IMG/VR virus record: IMGVR_UViG_3300028840_001107 | Direction: 5' to 3' (one strand) | From: a virus | DNA length: 64,000 nt | Part shown: one piece after another, positions 41,221 to 50,536 of the stretch | Numbering within the stretch: position 1 is the stretch's first letter | Layout of the letters: each line of letters starts with the position of its first letter | Notes under the pieces: model-generated | What the model saw: only the letters and a program-made list of their open reading frames with translations | What the model was told of the DNA's origin: nothing | Database searches by the model: none | Program-made: the position numbers and the translations under genes

Positions 41221-42810
41221 TTAGTATGACTTGAGTACGAGCTTGCGCTTGACGCGTTCCATAGCGAACGTAGCTAATACTAGGCTATCCGCCTCATCGG
41301 GAGAACAACCTAGCATCTCTTTCAGCGTTTGCTCTTTAGAGTCTTTTGAGCGTCTATCCTTTGGTGGTAAATACATCCGCCCTTCCTGATCGAATTGTAG
41401 AGGTAACGGACGTAGTTGGTTTAGTAGTTCGGTATACTGGGAAGGAATACCAAACGGTTTCTCTCTTAGCATCGGATTGATAAGCTCTCGGAGCATACCG
41501 TACATCTCCGCTCTACGATTGCGGTAGACGTACTTAACTTCGACTTGCTCCGTACGCTCCTGAGTCGATTTCATCCGCCTAGAGATAAACGGGTCAGTAG
41601 CAGCTTCTCCGAAGCCCATAGAGCGAACTTGATAACCGATCTTACGTAAGTAGTTTGTATGCTCGTACCCTCCTCCACCTCTATCAAATAGGACGTTCTT
41701 AGGATCTATCTGATACTGCTTTATAAGGTCTATCGTTTGGGTAGGTATAACTGACGTATCCGGAGTTTTGATAGCTTCCTGGAAGAGAATACCCTGCTCG
41801 TCGATAACCGTCCATACGGTATCGTCTCCACCTTCTCCTACGTCGATACCCATCCACCTATTCTTTGGTCTACGGCGAACGTCTAGAGCGTTACCAACCT
41901 TCTGAGCCTTACGTAACCAATCCGGAGGATAGAGCCTAACCTCTGACCCTTCGTAGAAATCTCCATCGAGAGATACGCACTGCTGAATAGGGTCCCACGT
42001 TAGTCGGTTCTTCTCGTACTCCTCTAAGTCTTTGACTCCCGGTATGATTTGGCGATAGCTTGGCTTTCTACCTTTAGCCTTTTCACTAAGACCCAAGCGA
42101 ACGTTTGGAGAATCTTCGGCCCTAATACGAATGACTCTACGATAGCAACGCCTGCCGTCTTCGCTAAATAGATTCCCTCCAGGATCATTGATAGACGGGT
42201 CACCTTTAACGCTCTTGAAGAAGAAGTTAGCACAGTCCCACGGGTTACCGATTATCAAAGCACGCTTAGCCCAAGTACGAGCCATCTTCCAATAATCGTC
42301 CGGAACGCTACTAGCTTCGTCAGCGATAAAGAGAGTACGCGGTATGCCGTCTCCTACGTTCGCTACGTGATGGCCCTGCATCGACGCTATAGAATCGGCA
42401 CTAGCTACCATACCGCGAATATAGGATACGGGACAGATACTACCGTCCGGTAGCCTACGCTTTATCTCTCGATGGTTAACTATTAGAGGTCCGCCTTTAT
42501 CGACGGTAAGCGGAAAACTAGACGTCTGGATATAGTTGTTTATTTCGCCCCAGAGAACTCTAAGGTGGTCGTCTTTAGCCGACGTAGTAACGATACGGCA
42601 AGGCTTACGACTAAGGAAGTACCATACAGCTATAAACGCTGCTACGAAATCCTTTCCTAGCATATTCCCTGCGGGAACAACCGTCATATCGTCGTCGACT
42701 ACGCTTTGGATAACGTCCTGCTGTTTATCGTAGAATCTAACGTTAGGCCACAACGCCGTCTGAAACGCTAGAGGGTCAGTAAGGAGTTCCGTCTCACTTC
42801 GTCTTATCAT
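41221..42810 (-). CDS. terL: Terminase large subunit
   Basis: Walker A-like VVPAGNMLGKDF, Walker B LFIADEASSV, RNaseH-like nuclease motif MGIDVGEGGDDTVWTV. 529 aa. Overlaps TerS by 4 nt. Confidence 0.85.
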   Translation of the reverse strand: MIRRSETELLTDPLAFQTALWPNVRFYDKQQDVIQSVVDDDMTVVPAGNMLGKDFVAAFIAVWYFLSRKPCRIVTTSAKDDHLRVLWGEINNYIQTSSFPLTVDKGGPLIVNHREIKRRLPDGSICPVSYIRGMVASADSIASMQGHHVANVGDGIPRTLFIADEASSVPDDYWKMARTWAKRALIIGNPWDCANFFFKSVKGDPSINDPGGNLFSEDGRRCYRRVIRIRAEDSPNVRLGLSEKAKGRKPSYRQIIPGVKDLEEYEKNRLTWDPIQQCVSLDGDFYEGSEVRLYPPDWLRKAQKVGNALDVRRRPKNRWMGIDVGEGGDDTVWTVIDEQGILFQEAIKTPDTSVIPTQTIDLIKQYQIDPKNVLFDRGGGGYEHTNYLRKIGYQVRSMGFGEAATDPFISRRMKSTQERTEQVEVKYVYRNRRAEMYGMLRELINPMLREKPFGIPSQYTELLNQLRPLPLQFDQEGRMYLPPKDRRSKDSKEQTLKEMLGCSPDEADSLVLATFAMERVKRKLVLKSY

Positions 42811-43424
42811 TTTCGCTCTTTCGCTTTCGCTTCAATATAGTCCCCATCGATAACCTTGCGCTCTGCTTCTACTTTCTCTAGGAGTTCTCCTAGAAAGTTA
42901 GGAGCTATGACTAGATTGTTCGTATTACCCTCTGGAGAGACTAGCCCTAGATGCTTAAGAGCGTTAGTCAACGCGGAGTCCTTACTCATAACTTCTACTT
43001 CAGTAGTTACGTCCGGTTCGCCGTCTACGTATCGAGTACGTTGCTTGATCTTCGTTATACAACGTCTAACGTGCGGCGGTATATCCTCTAGATTCTTAAC
43101 TACTTGAGAACCGTCGTTGCCTACTTCCATCAAGTCGATAGGATCTAAAAACAAAGCGGCAGCTAGGTGCTTAAGAACTTCGTCTGACGTCAACTTACAC
43201 CGCTCGATACGCTCTTGAAGAGCTTTACCGATTGCCGCTCTAACGACAGCGTTTTTCAAGTTCCTAGCACCTGCTACCGATGGATTCTTATACCCAGCTT
43301 TCCTCGCAGCTGAAGTAGCATTAAACGACTCGTCAGCAAGTAGCTCCTCAACGAAGACTCTTTGCATACCCTTTAGCCTAGCTAAATTGGCTCCTCTCAG
43401 CTTCGGTTCAATACTACTCCCCAT
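42807..43424 (-). CDS. terS: Terminase small subunit
   Basis: MQRVFVEELLADESFNATSAARKAGYKNPSVAGARNLKNAVVRAAI matches the Terminase_2-type HTH (FveeYl...nat.AaikAGYs...A...g.rLl.n..v..aI). Confidence 0.75.
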   Translation of the reverse strand: MGSSIEPKLRGANLARLKGMQRVFVEELLADESFNATSAARKAGYKNPSVAGARNLKNAVVRAAIGKALQERIERCKLTSDEVLKHLAAALFLDPIDLMEVGNDGSQVVKNLEDIPPHVRRCITKIKQRTRYVDGEPDVTTEVEVMSKDSALTNALKHLGLVSPEGNTNNLVIAPNFLGELLEKVEAERKVIDGDYIEAKAKERK

Positions 43425-43459
43425 CTTTCACTATCCTCCTTACTCTATATACTATAGGA

Positions 43460-43870
43460 CTATCCAGCGTCGAAACTGTAGAAGTTAGGATCCAAGTTAG
43501 CTGGAGACTCCTTACAAACCTTGAGTATATCCCGCGTTACCTCTGGGTCAATCACTATCGGTTTACCGTCCCAACTACTTCGTACTCGACAACCGTAGTG
43601 AAGAGAGAACGCTACCAACTCTTCAAGAAACGGCTGATAGTCAGCTGTCGCTCTTGGTTCGACTAGTACCTCTCTTATCTTCACCTGAAGTAACATTCCC
43701 CTAGGCCTGAGCAGCTCTCGACGTGCTTCACTTAACGTCGAGTGTAGGAAGCATTCTTCGCAGATATGACCTACGGTTATATCGCACTCGCACTCGATAC
43801 CCACCATTCGATTAGTAGGGCTGAGTAAAGCCAACGCTTGATCAATGCGTTCTATAAGATCCGACATCAT
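43460..43870 (-). CDS. Hypothetical protein (136 aa)
   Basis: ORF track. CECDITVGHICEEC motif. Confidence 0.5.
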   Translation of the reverse strand: MMSDLIERIDQALALLSPTNRMVGIECECDITVGHICEECFLHSTLSEARRELLRPRGMLLQVKIREVLVEPRATADYQPFLEELVAFSLHYGCRVRSSWDGKPIVIDPEVTRDILKVCKESPANLDPNFYSFDAG

Positions 43871-44127
43871 TAGTCCTCCACGATAGCTTCTTGGGCGTTG
43901 GTAATGTTCAGGACAGGTCCGTCGGTTAGTACAACCACAGAATACCGCTTACCCTTATAGATGACCGGTCTATCTCCGAATACCGCGTGGACTGTCTTAG
44001 TCAACTTAGTCCTCATAGAGTCTCTTGTTTCTCCGGCCAACTTCGCCGCCATCTCCGCTTCTCTAGCCGACACTTCAGCCTGCTCGAAATTAGCCACCGC
44101 GTTCTTAAACTTCTCGTGTTGATTCAT
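43870..44127 (-). CDS. Hypothetical protein (85 aa)
   Basis: ORF track. 1 nt overlap with the downstream gene. Confidence 0.5.
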   Translation of the reverse strand: MNQHEKFKNAVANFEQAEVSAREAEMAAKLAGETRDSMRTKLTKTVHAVFGDRPVIYKGKRYSVVVLTDGPVLNITNAQEAIVED

Positions 44128-44147
44128 GCCGCTCTCCTTCGGACTAT

Positions 44148-44531
44148 CTACTTTTCGTAAGTACCCTCTACGCCTCTAGCAACGCGATCACGTGTACGCT
44201 TATGAAGCCACATCATCGCCTCTTGTAACTTAGTTAGAGCCAAAGCGTTTTCCCTACAAGCGTATTCTCCTGATTGAAAACCTTGGAGACGATGCTCTAC
44301 AACTGCGAGTAACGCTTCGTTACTAATACCGTTTACCCCAACCTCTTGAATCGGACCTTTCTGAAATCCAATATTACATATGACCGAACCATTTAGTTCT
44401 TCGTTGAACTCGTCATTCGGACAGTAAATGGTATAAGCATGACAAGCGTTACCTTTCCCAGGCTCATCTAACACTGAAATCTCTAGAGTCTTGTTCAGAC
44501 CATTTACTTTATGACTAGTGATTCTTTCCAC
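44148..44531 (-). CDS. N4 gp49 / Sf6 gp66-like family protein
   Basis: FQKGPIQEVGVNGISNEALLAVVEHRLQGFQSGEYACRENALALTKLQEAMMWLHKRTRDRVARGVEGT matches my recollection of the Phage_gp49_66 family signature. Confidence 0.55.
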   Translation of the reverse strand: MERITSHKVNGLNKTLEISVLDEPGKGNACHAYTIYCPNDEFNEELNGSVICNIGFQKGPIQEVGVNGISNEALLAVVEHRLQGFQSGEYACRENALALTKLQEAMMWLHKRTRDRVARGVEGTYEK

Positions 44532-44547
44532 AGCTTTCTCCTTCGGA

Positions 44548-45219
44548 TTATTTCCAGTAACCGAACTTCAACATCATCTTACCGCAGTACAACTTAAATG
44601 TAGTTCGCTGCTTAGCATCCCAATCGTCCCACGAAGGTATCGTATATTCGTAGCACTTATTGAGCTTCTCCTTCTTCATCGAGGTCCAGGTGTACTCGTC
44701 TAACTTTATCCCGGTAGGCTCCAGGATATGTTTCCTGAAGGAAGGATAGCCCGAGAGTAGATCCTCCAAGCGTATCGCCGTCTTTACGTAACGGCTAACA
44801 TACTCTACCTCAGTCCCCCAGTAGCGACATACGGCGGTAAAGTCTCCGCCTAGTACGTTACGACTAACCATCGAGCGTACCACGTCTCTACCGTCCCTAA
44901 CGAGATGGAACGTTAGTAGCGGTCCCAGTAAGCCCTTAAAGTGCGGGACCGTCCTACGAAGGAACGAGTTAACCTCACCGAAGATAGGCGTACCCACCTT
45001 CTTAGCTTGAGCCTTTATCCACCGAGAGCGAACGCTAGCAAAGTTCTTCGCTTGAGCTTCGCTCTTAGTCGAAACGGAGTAGGGTAGGGCATCGTTAAGA
45101 GGCTCATGGTATATCGTAGCGTTCTTCGCTTGGTTTAGAAGCGTAGCTAGAAATAGCGAACCACTACGACCTTGGCCGGTTACGTAGACGAACTTAGTCA
45201 CGATACTCTCTCCTATCAA
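44548..45219 (-). CDS. Sulfotransferase-family protein
   Basis: 5'-PSB-like loop YVTGQGRSGSLFLATLL and 3'-PB-like HLVRDGRDVVRSMV, the two PAPS-binding motifs of sulfotransferases. Confidence 0.6.
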   Translation of the reverse strand: MIGESIVTKFVYVTGQGRSGSLFLATLLNQAKNATIYHEPLNDALPYSVSTKSEAQAKNFASVRSRWIKAQAKKVGTPIFGEVNSFLRRTVPHFKGLLGPLLTFHLVRDGRDVVRSMVSRNVLGGDFTAVCRYWGTEVEYVSRYVKTAIRLEDLLSGYPSFRKHILEPTGIKLDEYTWTSMKKEKLNKCYEYTIPSWDDWDAKQRTTFKLYCGKMMLKFGYWK

Positions 45220-45478
45220 CTCTACCGTTTGTTACGAAGGTAGCTATTTTCGTTTCTACTCTCTTCTCTTGAGTTATACCTGCTCTGGAGAGGTGTTCCC
45301 GATTAGACCAACCCATCCGTATCCTAGCCGTAGCTTCTTCAATATACTGTTCGCTAGGTTGGTAGAAGCCGCACCTAGAACAGGTGTTGGCTCCTTCTCG
45401 CATTAACGCTCCGCAGTAATCGCAGCTGACTTTAGAATCGATCACTGGAGACTCCTTACAAAAGTACCTTGGCGTCAT
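45194..45478 (-). CDS. Zinc-ribbon protein (94 aa)
   Basis: CDYCGALMREGANTCSRCG. ORF track. Confidence 0.5.
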   Translation of the reverse strand: MTPRYFCKESPVIDSKVSCDYCGALMREGANTCSRCGFYQPSEQYIEEATARIRMGWSNREHLSRAGITQEKRVETKIATFVTNGRVDRREYRD

Positions 45479-47597
45479 TGTCGACTGCTTCTAGCATCTC
45501 TACTGTCGTCGGATCTAACTTCCAAACTTTTTTGTTATCCTTCTTCACGCAACGTACCGCTCCTATCTTACGAAGGAACGAGAGTAGACCAGAAACTTTA
45601 GAGCGGTTAAGTCCGGTAAGTACGTGGATCGACTCGTTAGATACGCCGTCGTCGAAAGCGTAAAGATGCTTACATATCTCTAGCGTCGGACCTCTACTCG
45701 TATCGAGAGCTACCCTAGCTACTCGTTCGGTAACTAGCTCGTCGTTAACGTCCCGATTGAGAACTACGGCTAGACACTTAGAGAGTCTAATCAGTTGAGA
45801 GGTGAGGCGGGTAGATACTTCTCTCTCAACGCTTTCGTCCTGCATCTTCGAAGGTCTAGCACGCATAACCGCTACTAACTTAGCTAGCCAATAGATGTAT
45901 TCAGCGAACTCTTCTGTTATATCGCCCATCCCGTTCAACGTTTCTATCGCCGTCTCTTTGAGATGGTTAATATAACCTCCGGTCATCGCCATCGCTTTCG
46001 TTAGCTCCGGTTCTTGTTGGCTTTCGGGTTTACCGTTCGCTTCTACGTTAACTGACTGCCAAGCCTTGATAGCCTTTCTAATTGCTATCTCTCGTTCCAT
46101 ATCTTGGTCGATACGATCCATGATAACGCAGTCAAGAAAGCGTTCTCCTAGTTCGCTGGAGTCGATAGAGCGCAAGGAGTTCGTACCGCAGAGTATCCAA
46201 GTCATTCGGATACCGTTGTAGTCGTTTTGAACGCGGTTACGATAATGAGCCCTACTCGTACCGTCGTAGATGTCTCTAGCCTCTGCTAGGATCTGTCCTA
46301 GGTTAGGAGTTTGAAGAAGCGTGTCGCCGTCTTTCGTTACTAGCGTCTTACCGCGTAACCGATCTATCAACGAGTTATCTTGGCTTCCGTCCCCATAGCC
46401 ACTATGGAACCCGCGTATCGTACTCTTAGGGATAACGTGAGTAAGGTTAGTACTCAACGCTTCGCATAGGGTACTCTTACCGCAGCTAGCAGGACCGATA
46501 ACTTTCAGCCAAAGCTGGTCTCCTTGCATCTTCGTAGAGACTACGCTAGCAAGCATAACCGATAAAGCGTAGTCTAGACCATCGGTCCACTTTAACGCTC
46601 TCTTCCACGACATCGTCAACGCTCTATAGCTTTTACAGTTTAACGGGTTGACGGTCTCTTTGTTAGAAGTCTTATCGTTTGGATCTACCCACTCGTTAGG
46701 TACTGAGCGGATGTCGTCGGAAAGCTCGTTGAACTTATCCAACCTTCTGATAGTCGTCTTCTTCGAAGTTAGGTAGTCTCGAATATCGTAGCCAGAAGAA
46801 AGCTCAGGGTTCCATTGGTTGCCTTTAGCACTCCAATCTAAATACCTAACGTCACTAGCCGTACCGTAGAGAGCGTTGGCTACTTTCTTTATACCAGCTA
46901 ACGCTGCCGGCTCAGGGTTATGCTTTGTTGGGTGGTCGTTATCGAATAACACCCAGACCTCTTTACCCTTGAATAGGCGTAGCCATTCTTCCTTGAATAT
47001 CTTACAACCGGGAGTAGCTACGACCGTATAAGGTACGCTATGAGATCTGAATACCTCATCTAACGCCATAGCGTCCCAAGCTCCCTCAACTAATACTACA
47101 ACTTGGTTAGACTTTCGATAGAGCTTACGACCGAACAGACACGTCCGGAGTCGATGGCTACCGTCGTCGAAAACTAGCGGGCTACTAAAACACTTCGACT
47201 CGTACTTGTAGAGGTTGGCTAAAACGCAACTACCTTGCTTCTTTGAGTAAGTATGTCCCGGAATCAGCCACTTACTACTGATAGCTGACTTAACGACTCC
47301 CCAACGTTTAAGCGTACTAGTCCGTACCAGCCCACGTTCAGTAGCTAGGCGTTTATAATCTGCCGTGGTAGTCGTCTTTAGACTCTCCTTCCATAGACGC
47401 TCAATAAACGTAGCTTGGTTAAACCCGCCGCAACGAAAGCATTGGCCTACACCTTTTTCAACGTTTACGCGAAACTTCTCAGTATCTCCGCACCACGGAC
47501 ACTCTCCACCGCATCTTAGATTCCCTTCTCTATACTCTAGGTTGACTCCGTGAAAATCGTATAGCTTAAGACTATCCGGCAGTTCCTTCTTTCCCAT
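45456..47597 (-). CDS. Bifunctional DNA primase / P-loop helicase
   Basis: Zinc finger CPWCGDTEKFRVNVEKGVGQCFRCG, TOPRIM VVLVEGAWDAMAL and VLFDNDHP, Walker A IGPASCGKSTL. Confidence 0.85.
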   Translation of the reverse strand: MGKKELPDSLKLYDFHGVNLEYREGNLRCGGECPWCGDTEKFRVNVEKGVGQCFRCGGFNQATFIERLWKESLKTTTTADYKRLATERGLVRTSTLKRWGVVKSAISSKWLIPGHTYSKKQGSCVLANLYKYESKCFSSPLVFDDGSHRLRTCLFGRKLYRKSNQVVVLVEGAWDAMALDEVFRSHSVPYTVVATPGCKIFKEEWLRLFKGKEVWVLFDNDHPTKHNPEPAALAGIKKVANALYGTASDVRYLDWSAKGNQWNPELSSGYDIRDYLTSKKTTIRRLDKFNELSDDIRSVPNEWVDPNDKTSNKETVNPLNCKSYRALTMSWKRALKWTDGLDYALSVMLASVVSTKMQGDQLWLKVIGPASCGKSTLCEALSTNLTHVIPKSTIRGFHSGYGDGSQDNSLIDRLRGKTLVTKDGDTLLQTPNLGQILAEARDIYDGTSRAHYRNRVQNDYNGIRMTWILCGTNSLRSIDSSELGERFLDCVIMDRIDQDMEREIAIRKAIKAWQSVNVEANGKPESQQEPELTKAMAMTGGYINHLKETAIETLNGMGDITEEFAEYIYWLAKLVAVMRARPSKMQDESVEREVSTRLTSQLIRLSKCLAVVLNRDVNDELVTERVARVALDTSRGPTLEICKHLYAFDDGVSNESIHVLTGLNRSKVSGLLSFLRKIGAVRCVKKDNKKVWKLDPTTVEMLEAVDNDAKVLL

Positions 47598-48289
47598 CAG
47601 TTAGACCTCTTCAGATTCAGCCGCTCTATTTTACCAGTCGTTACATTTATCTTTGTCTCTACTTCGAACTGACCTTCGCAGTTAGGGCAACCGCCGTTAG
47701 GAGTAAGCCCAAGGTAGACTCGTTTGACTACAGCGTCACTAACCGGCGTACCGCAGGTAGGGCAGTTCTTATTACTACAAAGAATGCGTAGCTCCGTCTC
47801 CATGTCGGTAACGTCATGTACTCGTTCCTCCGATCCGCAGGAAGGACAGCTACAGGCATCCGGAGAAGTAACCTCTAGAGTATCGCTGACCGCTTGTATC
47901 TCTTCCTTACGGTCTCTACGTTCTTCGTCGGCCAGCTCTGAGATAAACTTATCAGGGTAACGCTTCTTGAGCTTGGCGATGTTAGTCGCCATAACGTTTC
48001 CCATGTCTATATCGAGAGCGTTACACATCTGGGCGATATACCAAAGACAGTCGCCAAGTTCTTCGATGAGGTTCAGCCTATCGAAGTCTCTACCGTAGTA
48101 GAGCCAACGCTCTATACAAGCAGCGACTTCTCCGGCATCAGAGGTTAGACCTAACGCCGCGTGGATCATTCGTATCGCCGTTGGACCTTCTTCCCCGATA
48201 CGGTCGTAGGATCTACTTTGATTACACTCTGTACGCTTCGCCAGCTTCTGATATTCGAACGGGTCCATCAGTATTTTCTCACTTCCCAA
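47597..48289 (-). CDS. MazG-like nucleoside triphosphate pyrophosphohydrolase with C-terminal zinc-ribbon region
   Basis: YQKLAKRTE...LGLTSDAGEVA...EELGDCLWYIAQMCNALDIDM...NIAKLKKRYP. C-terminal CSCPSCG...CPTCG...CPNC. Confidence 0.8.
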   Translation of the reverse strand: MGSEKILMDPFEYQKLAKRTECNQSRSYDRIGEEGPTAIRMIHAALGLTSDAGEVAACIERWLYYGRDFDRLNLIEELGDCLWYIAQMCNALDIDMGNVMATNIAKLKKRYPDKFISELADEERRDRKEEIQAVSDTLEVTSPDACSCPSCGSEERVHDVTDMETELRILCSNKNCPTCGTPVSDAVVKRVYLGLTPNGGCPNCEGQFEVETKINVTTGKIERLNLKRSN

Positions 48290-48831
48290 AAGACTGTATT
48301 GAAGTTAGGTAGTGTTCCCCAAGGTTTGGAGTAGGTAGAGAATTCAACGACGTGGTCTAGGTAGCGGTTAAGTAGTTCCCACAACCACCACCAGCTGTTA
48401 TCATCTAGGTTTGCCCTGAGAAGGTTATACGCTCCGTACCAGTTCGCGTGTTTTGTCTCCGTAGCTAACGCCGTACGCATCGGAGCTACAACCGTACTAT
48501 AAGTTAGATCCAAGTAGTCAACACTTCTTCGGACTTCTCCTTGGATCACGGTGAGCTTAGTAGGAGCCATCGCAGAGATATACAGATTAGACTCTCCGAT
48601 TTTCTTCTTCGCTCGATACCAAAGCCTAGGTATATTATACCCCGGTACGTCGTACCACGTCTCTCCTCCGGCTATCCGGTTACGGATATGGTATAGCGTT
48701 CTAGGACTAGGCATAGAACAAGCCCAAGCCTCTATCGTCGGCCAAGTAGGAGAACGGTTACCAAACTCTCCCTTCTCATATCTCCTAACGAAATCCTTTT
48801 TGGTTAGTACCGGTTTATACTTAGTTTCCAT
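48268..48831 (-). CDS. Hypothetical Trp-rich protein (187 aa)
   Basis: ORF track. Overlaps the MazG-like and ThyA-like genes. No family recognised. Confidence 0.55.
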   Translation of the reverse strand: METKYKPVLTKKDFVRRYEKGEFGNRSPTWPTIEAWACSMPSPRTLYHIRNRIAGGETWYDVPGYNIPRLWYRAKKKIGESNLYISAMAPTKLTVIQGEVRRSVDYLDLTYSTVVAPMRTALATETKHANWYGAYNLLRANLDDNSWWWLWELLNRYLDHVVEFSTYSKPWGTLPNFNTVFWEVRKY

Positions 48832-49885
48832 TCTTCTTTCTCCAATTCTCTTCTCGTTTCCTGAGCCAAGCCTTACCGGCTATACTCCACTGTTCGTCCA
48901 AAACTAGATTCACAGCTTCGAAAGCTCTTTGATAGTCCCGTTCCTTATGGTGGCGGAAAGCTAGTACCATCGGAGAGACTACCCTAGCTAAGTAGGGTTC
49001 ATGGAGTAGGGTTTCGTTGCCGTCGATAAAAGCGTTGGCTTCGTCGAAGAATCTATCTGGGTCTTCAACTAAAGGTATCGGACAAGATTTATCCGCAGCG
49101 AAGCGTAGGTCAGAAACCAAAGAACCTACTTTCCACTTCTCTGGAGTCCACGTCTTTTTGTAGACGTGAAGGTTGTTAGTAAATTGGTGGTAGTAACCTA
49201 CCGGCAACTTTATACAGTTAGCTACATACTCCTGTAGGTAGGAGAAGTGTACGACGTTCGCTCCTAGCATACCCCAGACCATATCGTTAGACCGATTAGT
49301 AACGGTCATGTCTAACCTATCGTTCACTACTCGAAAGTAAGCCTGGGTATTACAAGGTACGTCTTTACCGCCGTGAGTAGCCGTCCAAAGGTCGTGTCGT
49401 TTTTCATCCCTATAGATACGTTCTATATCTGAAGCATCCCACATCTGTATAACGCAGCGACGACTCGTTGGATCCTTCTTTAGTTCTTCGATTATGACTT
49501 TCAACTGATCGTATCCGAACTGATGACGCCAACGATAGCCGTACGCTCCGTGAAATGTTTCTCCGTCATCGGAGAACTCTCGCATCCTGGGAAGAAAGTA
49601 AGCCAATGAGTCGACGTCTTGGCGACCAGCTAACATCCAGATGGATTCGAACAGATGGAAGAACGGATTACAGTCTCTACCTTCGTTGAATAAGACTCTT
49701 TGGGTTGGGCTAACGTACGTCACGGTTACGGGGTCACGGTAAGCGTAGACGTCCCCATACCGGCTAGGCGTTGCTACGATTTTGAGGCTAGTCTTCTCCG
49801 GATGGTTGTGGATTCTAATCTGCTCGTTCATGTCGAGAACTAGTCCACGGAAAGCGTGATTGACGTTAGGATAGTACAAGTGCAT
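48821..49885 (-). CDS. Thymidylate synthase-fold enzyme (candidate dUMP hydroxymethylase or divergent ThyA)
   Basis: By-eye alignment to E. coli ThyA. ESIWMLAGRQD matches ELLWFLQGDTN. YGYRWR...DQL...LKKDPTSRRCVIQMWD matches YGKQWR...DQI...LKNDPDSRRIIVSAWN. PCNTQAYFRV matches PCHAFFQFYV (nucleophile Cys kept). TNRSNDMVWGMLGANVVHFSYL matches [20 protein letters not shown] (Asn177 equivalent kept, implying a uracil substrate). Confidence 0.8.
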   Translation of the reverse strand: MHLYYPNVNHAFRGLVLDMNEQIRIHNHPEKTSLKIVATPSRYGDVYAYRDPVTVTYVSPTQRVLFNEGRDCNPFFHLFESIWMLAGRQDVDSLAYFLPRMREFSDDGETFHGAYGYRWRHQFGYDQLKVIIEELKKDPTSRRCVIQMWDASDIERIYRDEKRHDLWTATHGGKDVPCNTQAYFRVVNDRLDMTVTNRSNDMVWGMLGANVVHFSYLQEYVANCIKLPVGYYHQFTNNLHVYKKTWTPEKWKVGSLVSDLRFAADKSCPIPLVEDPDRFFDEANAFIDGNETLLHEPYLARVVSPMVLAFRHHKERDYQRAFEAVNLVLDEQWSIAGKAWLRKREENWRKKNGN

Positions 49886-50438
49886 TGAGTTGCTCCTTTA
49901 CGTAAGGAATCGGGTTTGCCGCTTCGTGAAACATCGCGTTACCTCTACTTGGAAATAGAACGCCCTTACCTCCATGACGTTCGAACTTAAACAAGTTCTC
50001 TTCGCTATCGTCTATGAGGATTCTATCCGCTTGGGCGAAGAGTTCTTTGTACGGAGTGATGAAGAACCTATCGAACTGCGTGCCGAAGTAGTTGCGTATC
50101 CAAATACACTTTCCTAGATGAGCTGAAGGAGATACCGAAGGACTCGACAAGAGAAACCATTCCGACTCCGTTTGGTCGTTAAGTCCTTCAAGAACTGCTA
50201 GTAGTTCTTCGAACCAAGGTAGCGGTTTTATGTCGATCCAAAACCGCGTACCTAAAGCGTTGATAGGCTCCCAAAATTCGTTCGTACTCAAGCCCATCGT
50301 TTTCTCGATACTCCACTGGCCTGGACTCCGCTCTCGTTCGAGTTGATTTCTCGTCCAGCGGTGGATTTCTACGGCGGGTGTAGTAAAATCCGCTAAAACT
50401 TCGTCTATGTCTACGAAAATAATCCTGGAATTTTTCAT
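49866..50438 (-). CDS. HAD-superfamily 5'(3')-deoxyribonucleotidase (NT5C-like)
   Basis: N-terminal IIFVDIDEVLADF (DxDxV motif I, typical NT5C context). 190 aa. Confidence 0.65.
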   Translation of the reverse strand: MKNSRIIFVDIDEVLADFTTPAVEIHRWTRNQLERERSPGQWSIEKTMGLSTNEFWEPINALGTRFWIDIKPLPWFEELLAVLEGLNDQTESEWFLLSSPSVSPSAHLGKCIWIRNYFGTQFDRFFITPYKELFAQADRILIDDSEENLFKFERHGGKGVLFPSRGNAMFHEAANPIPYVKEQLNALVLS

Positions 50439-50536
50439 TTTTCTGGGTCTATCCCTATTTACTTTGGGTGCTCTATCCCGATACTAGTAGGTAGTCGGTT
50501 ACTACTTTTTACTCTTTCCTTTTAAGGAGCGGCAAA

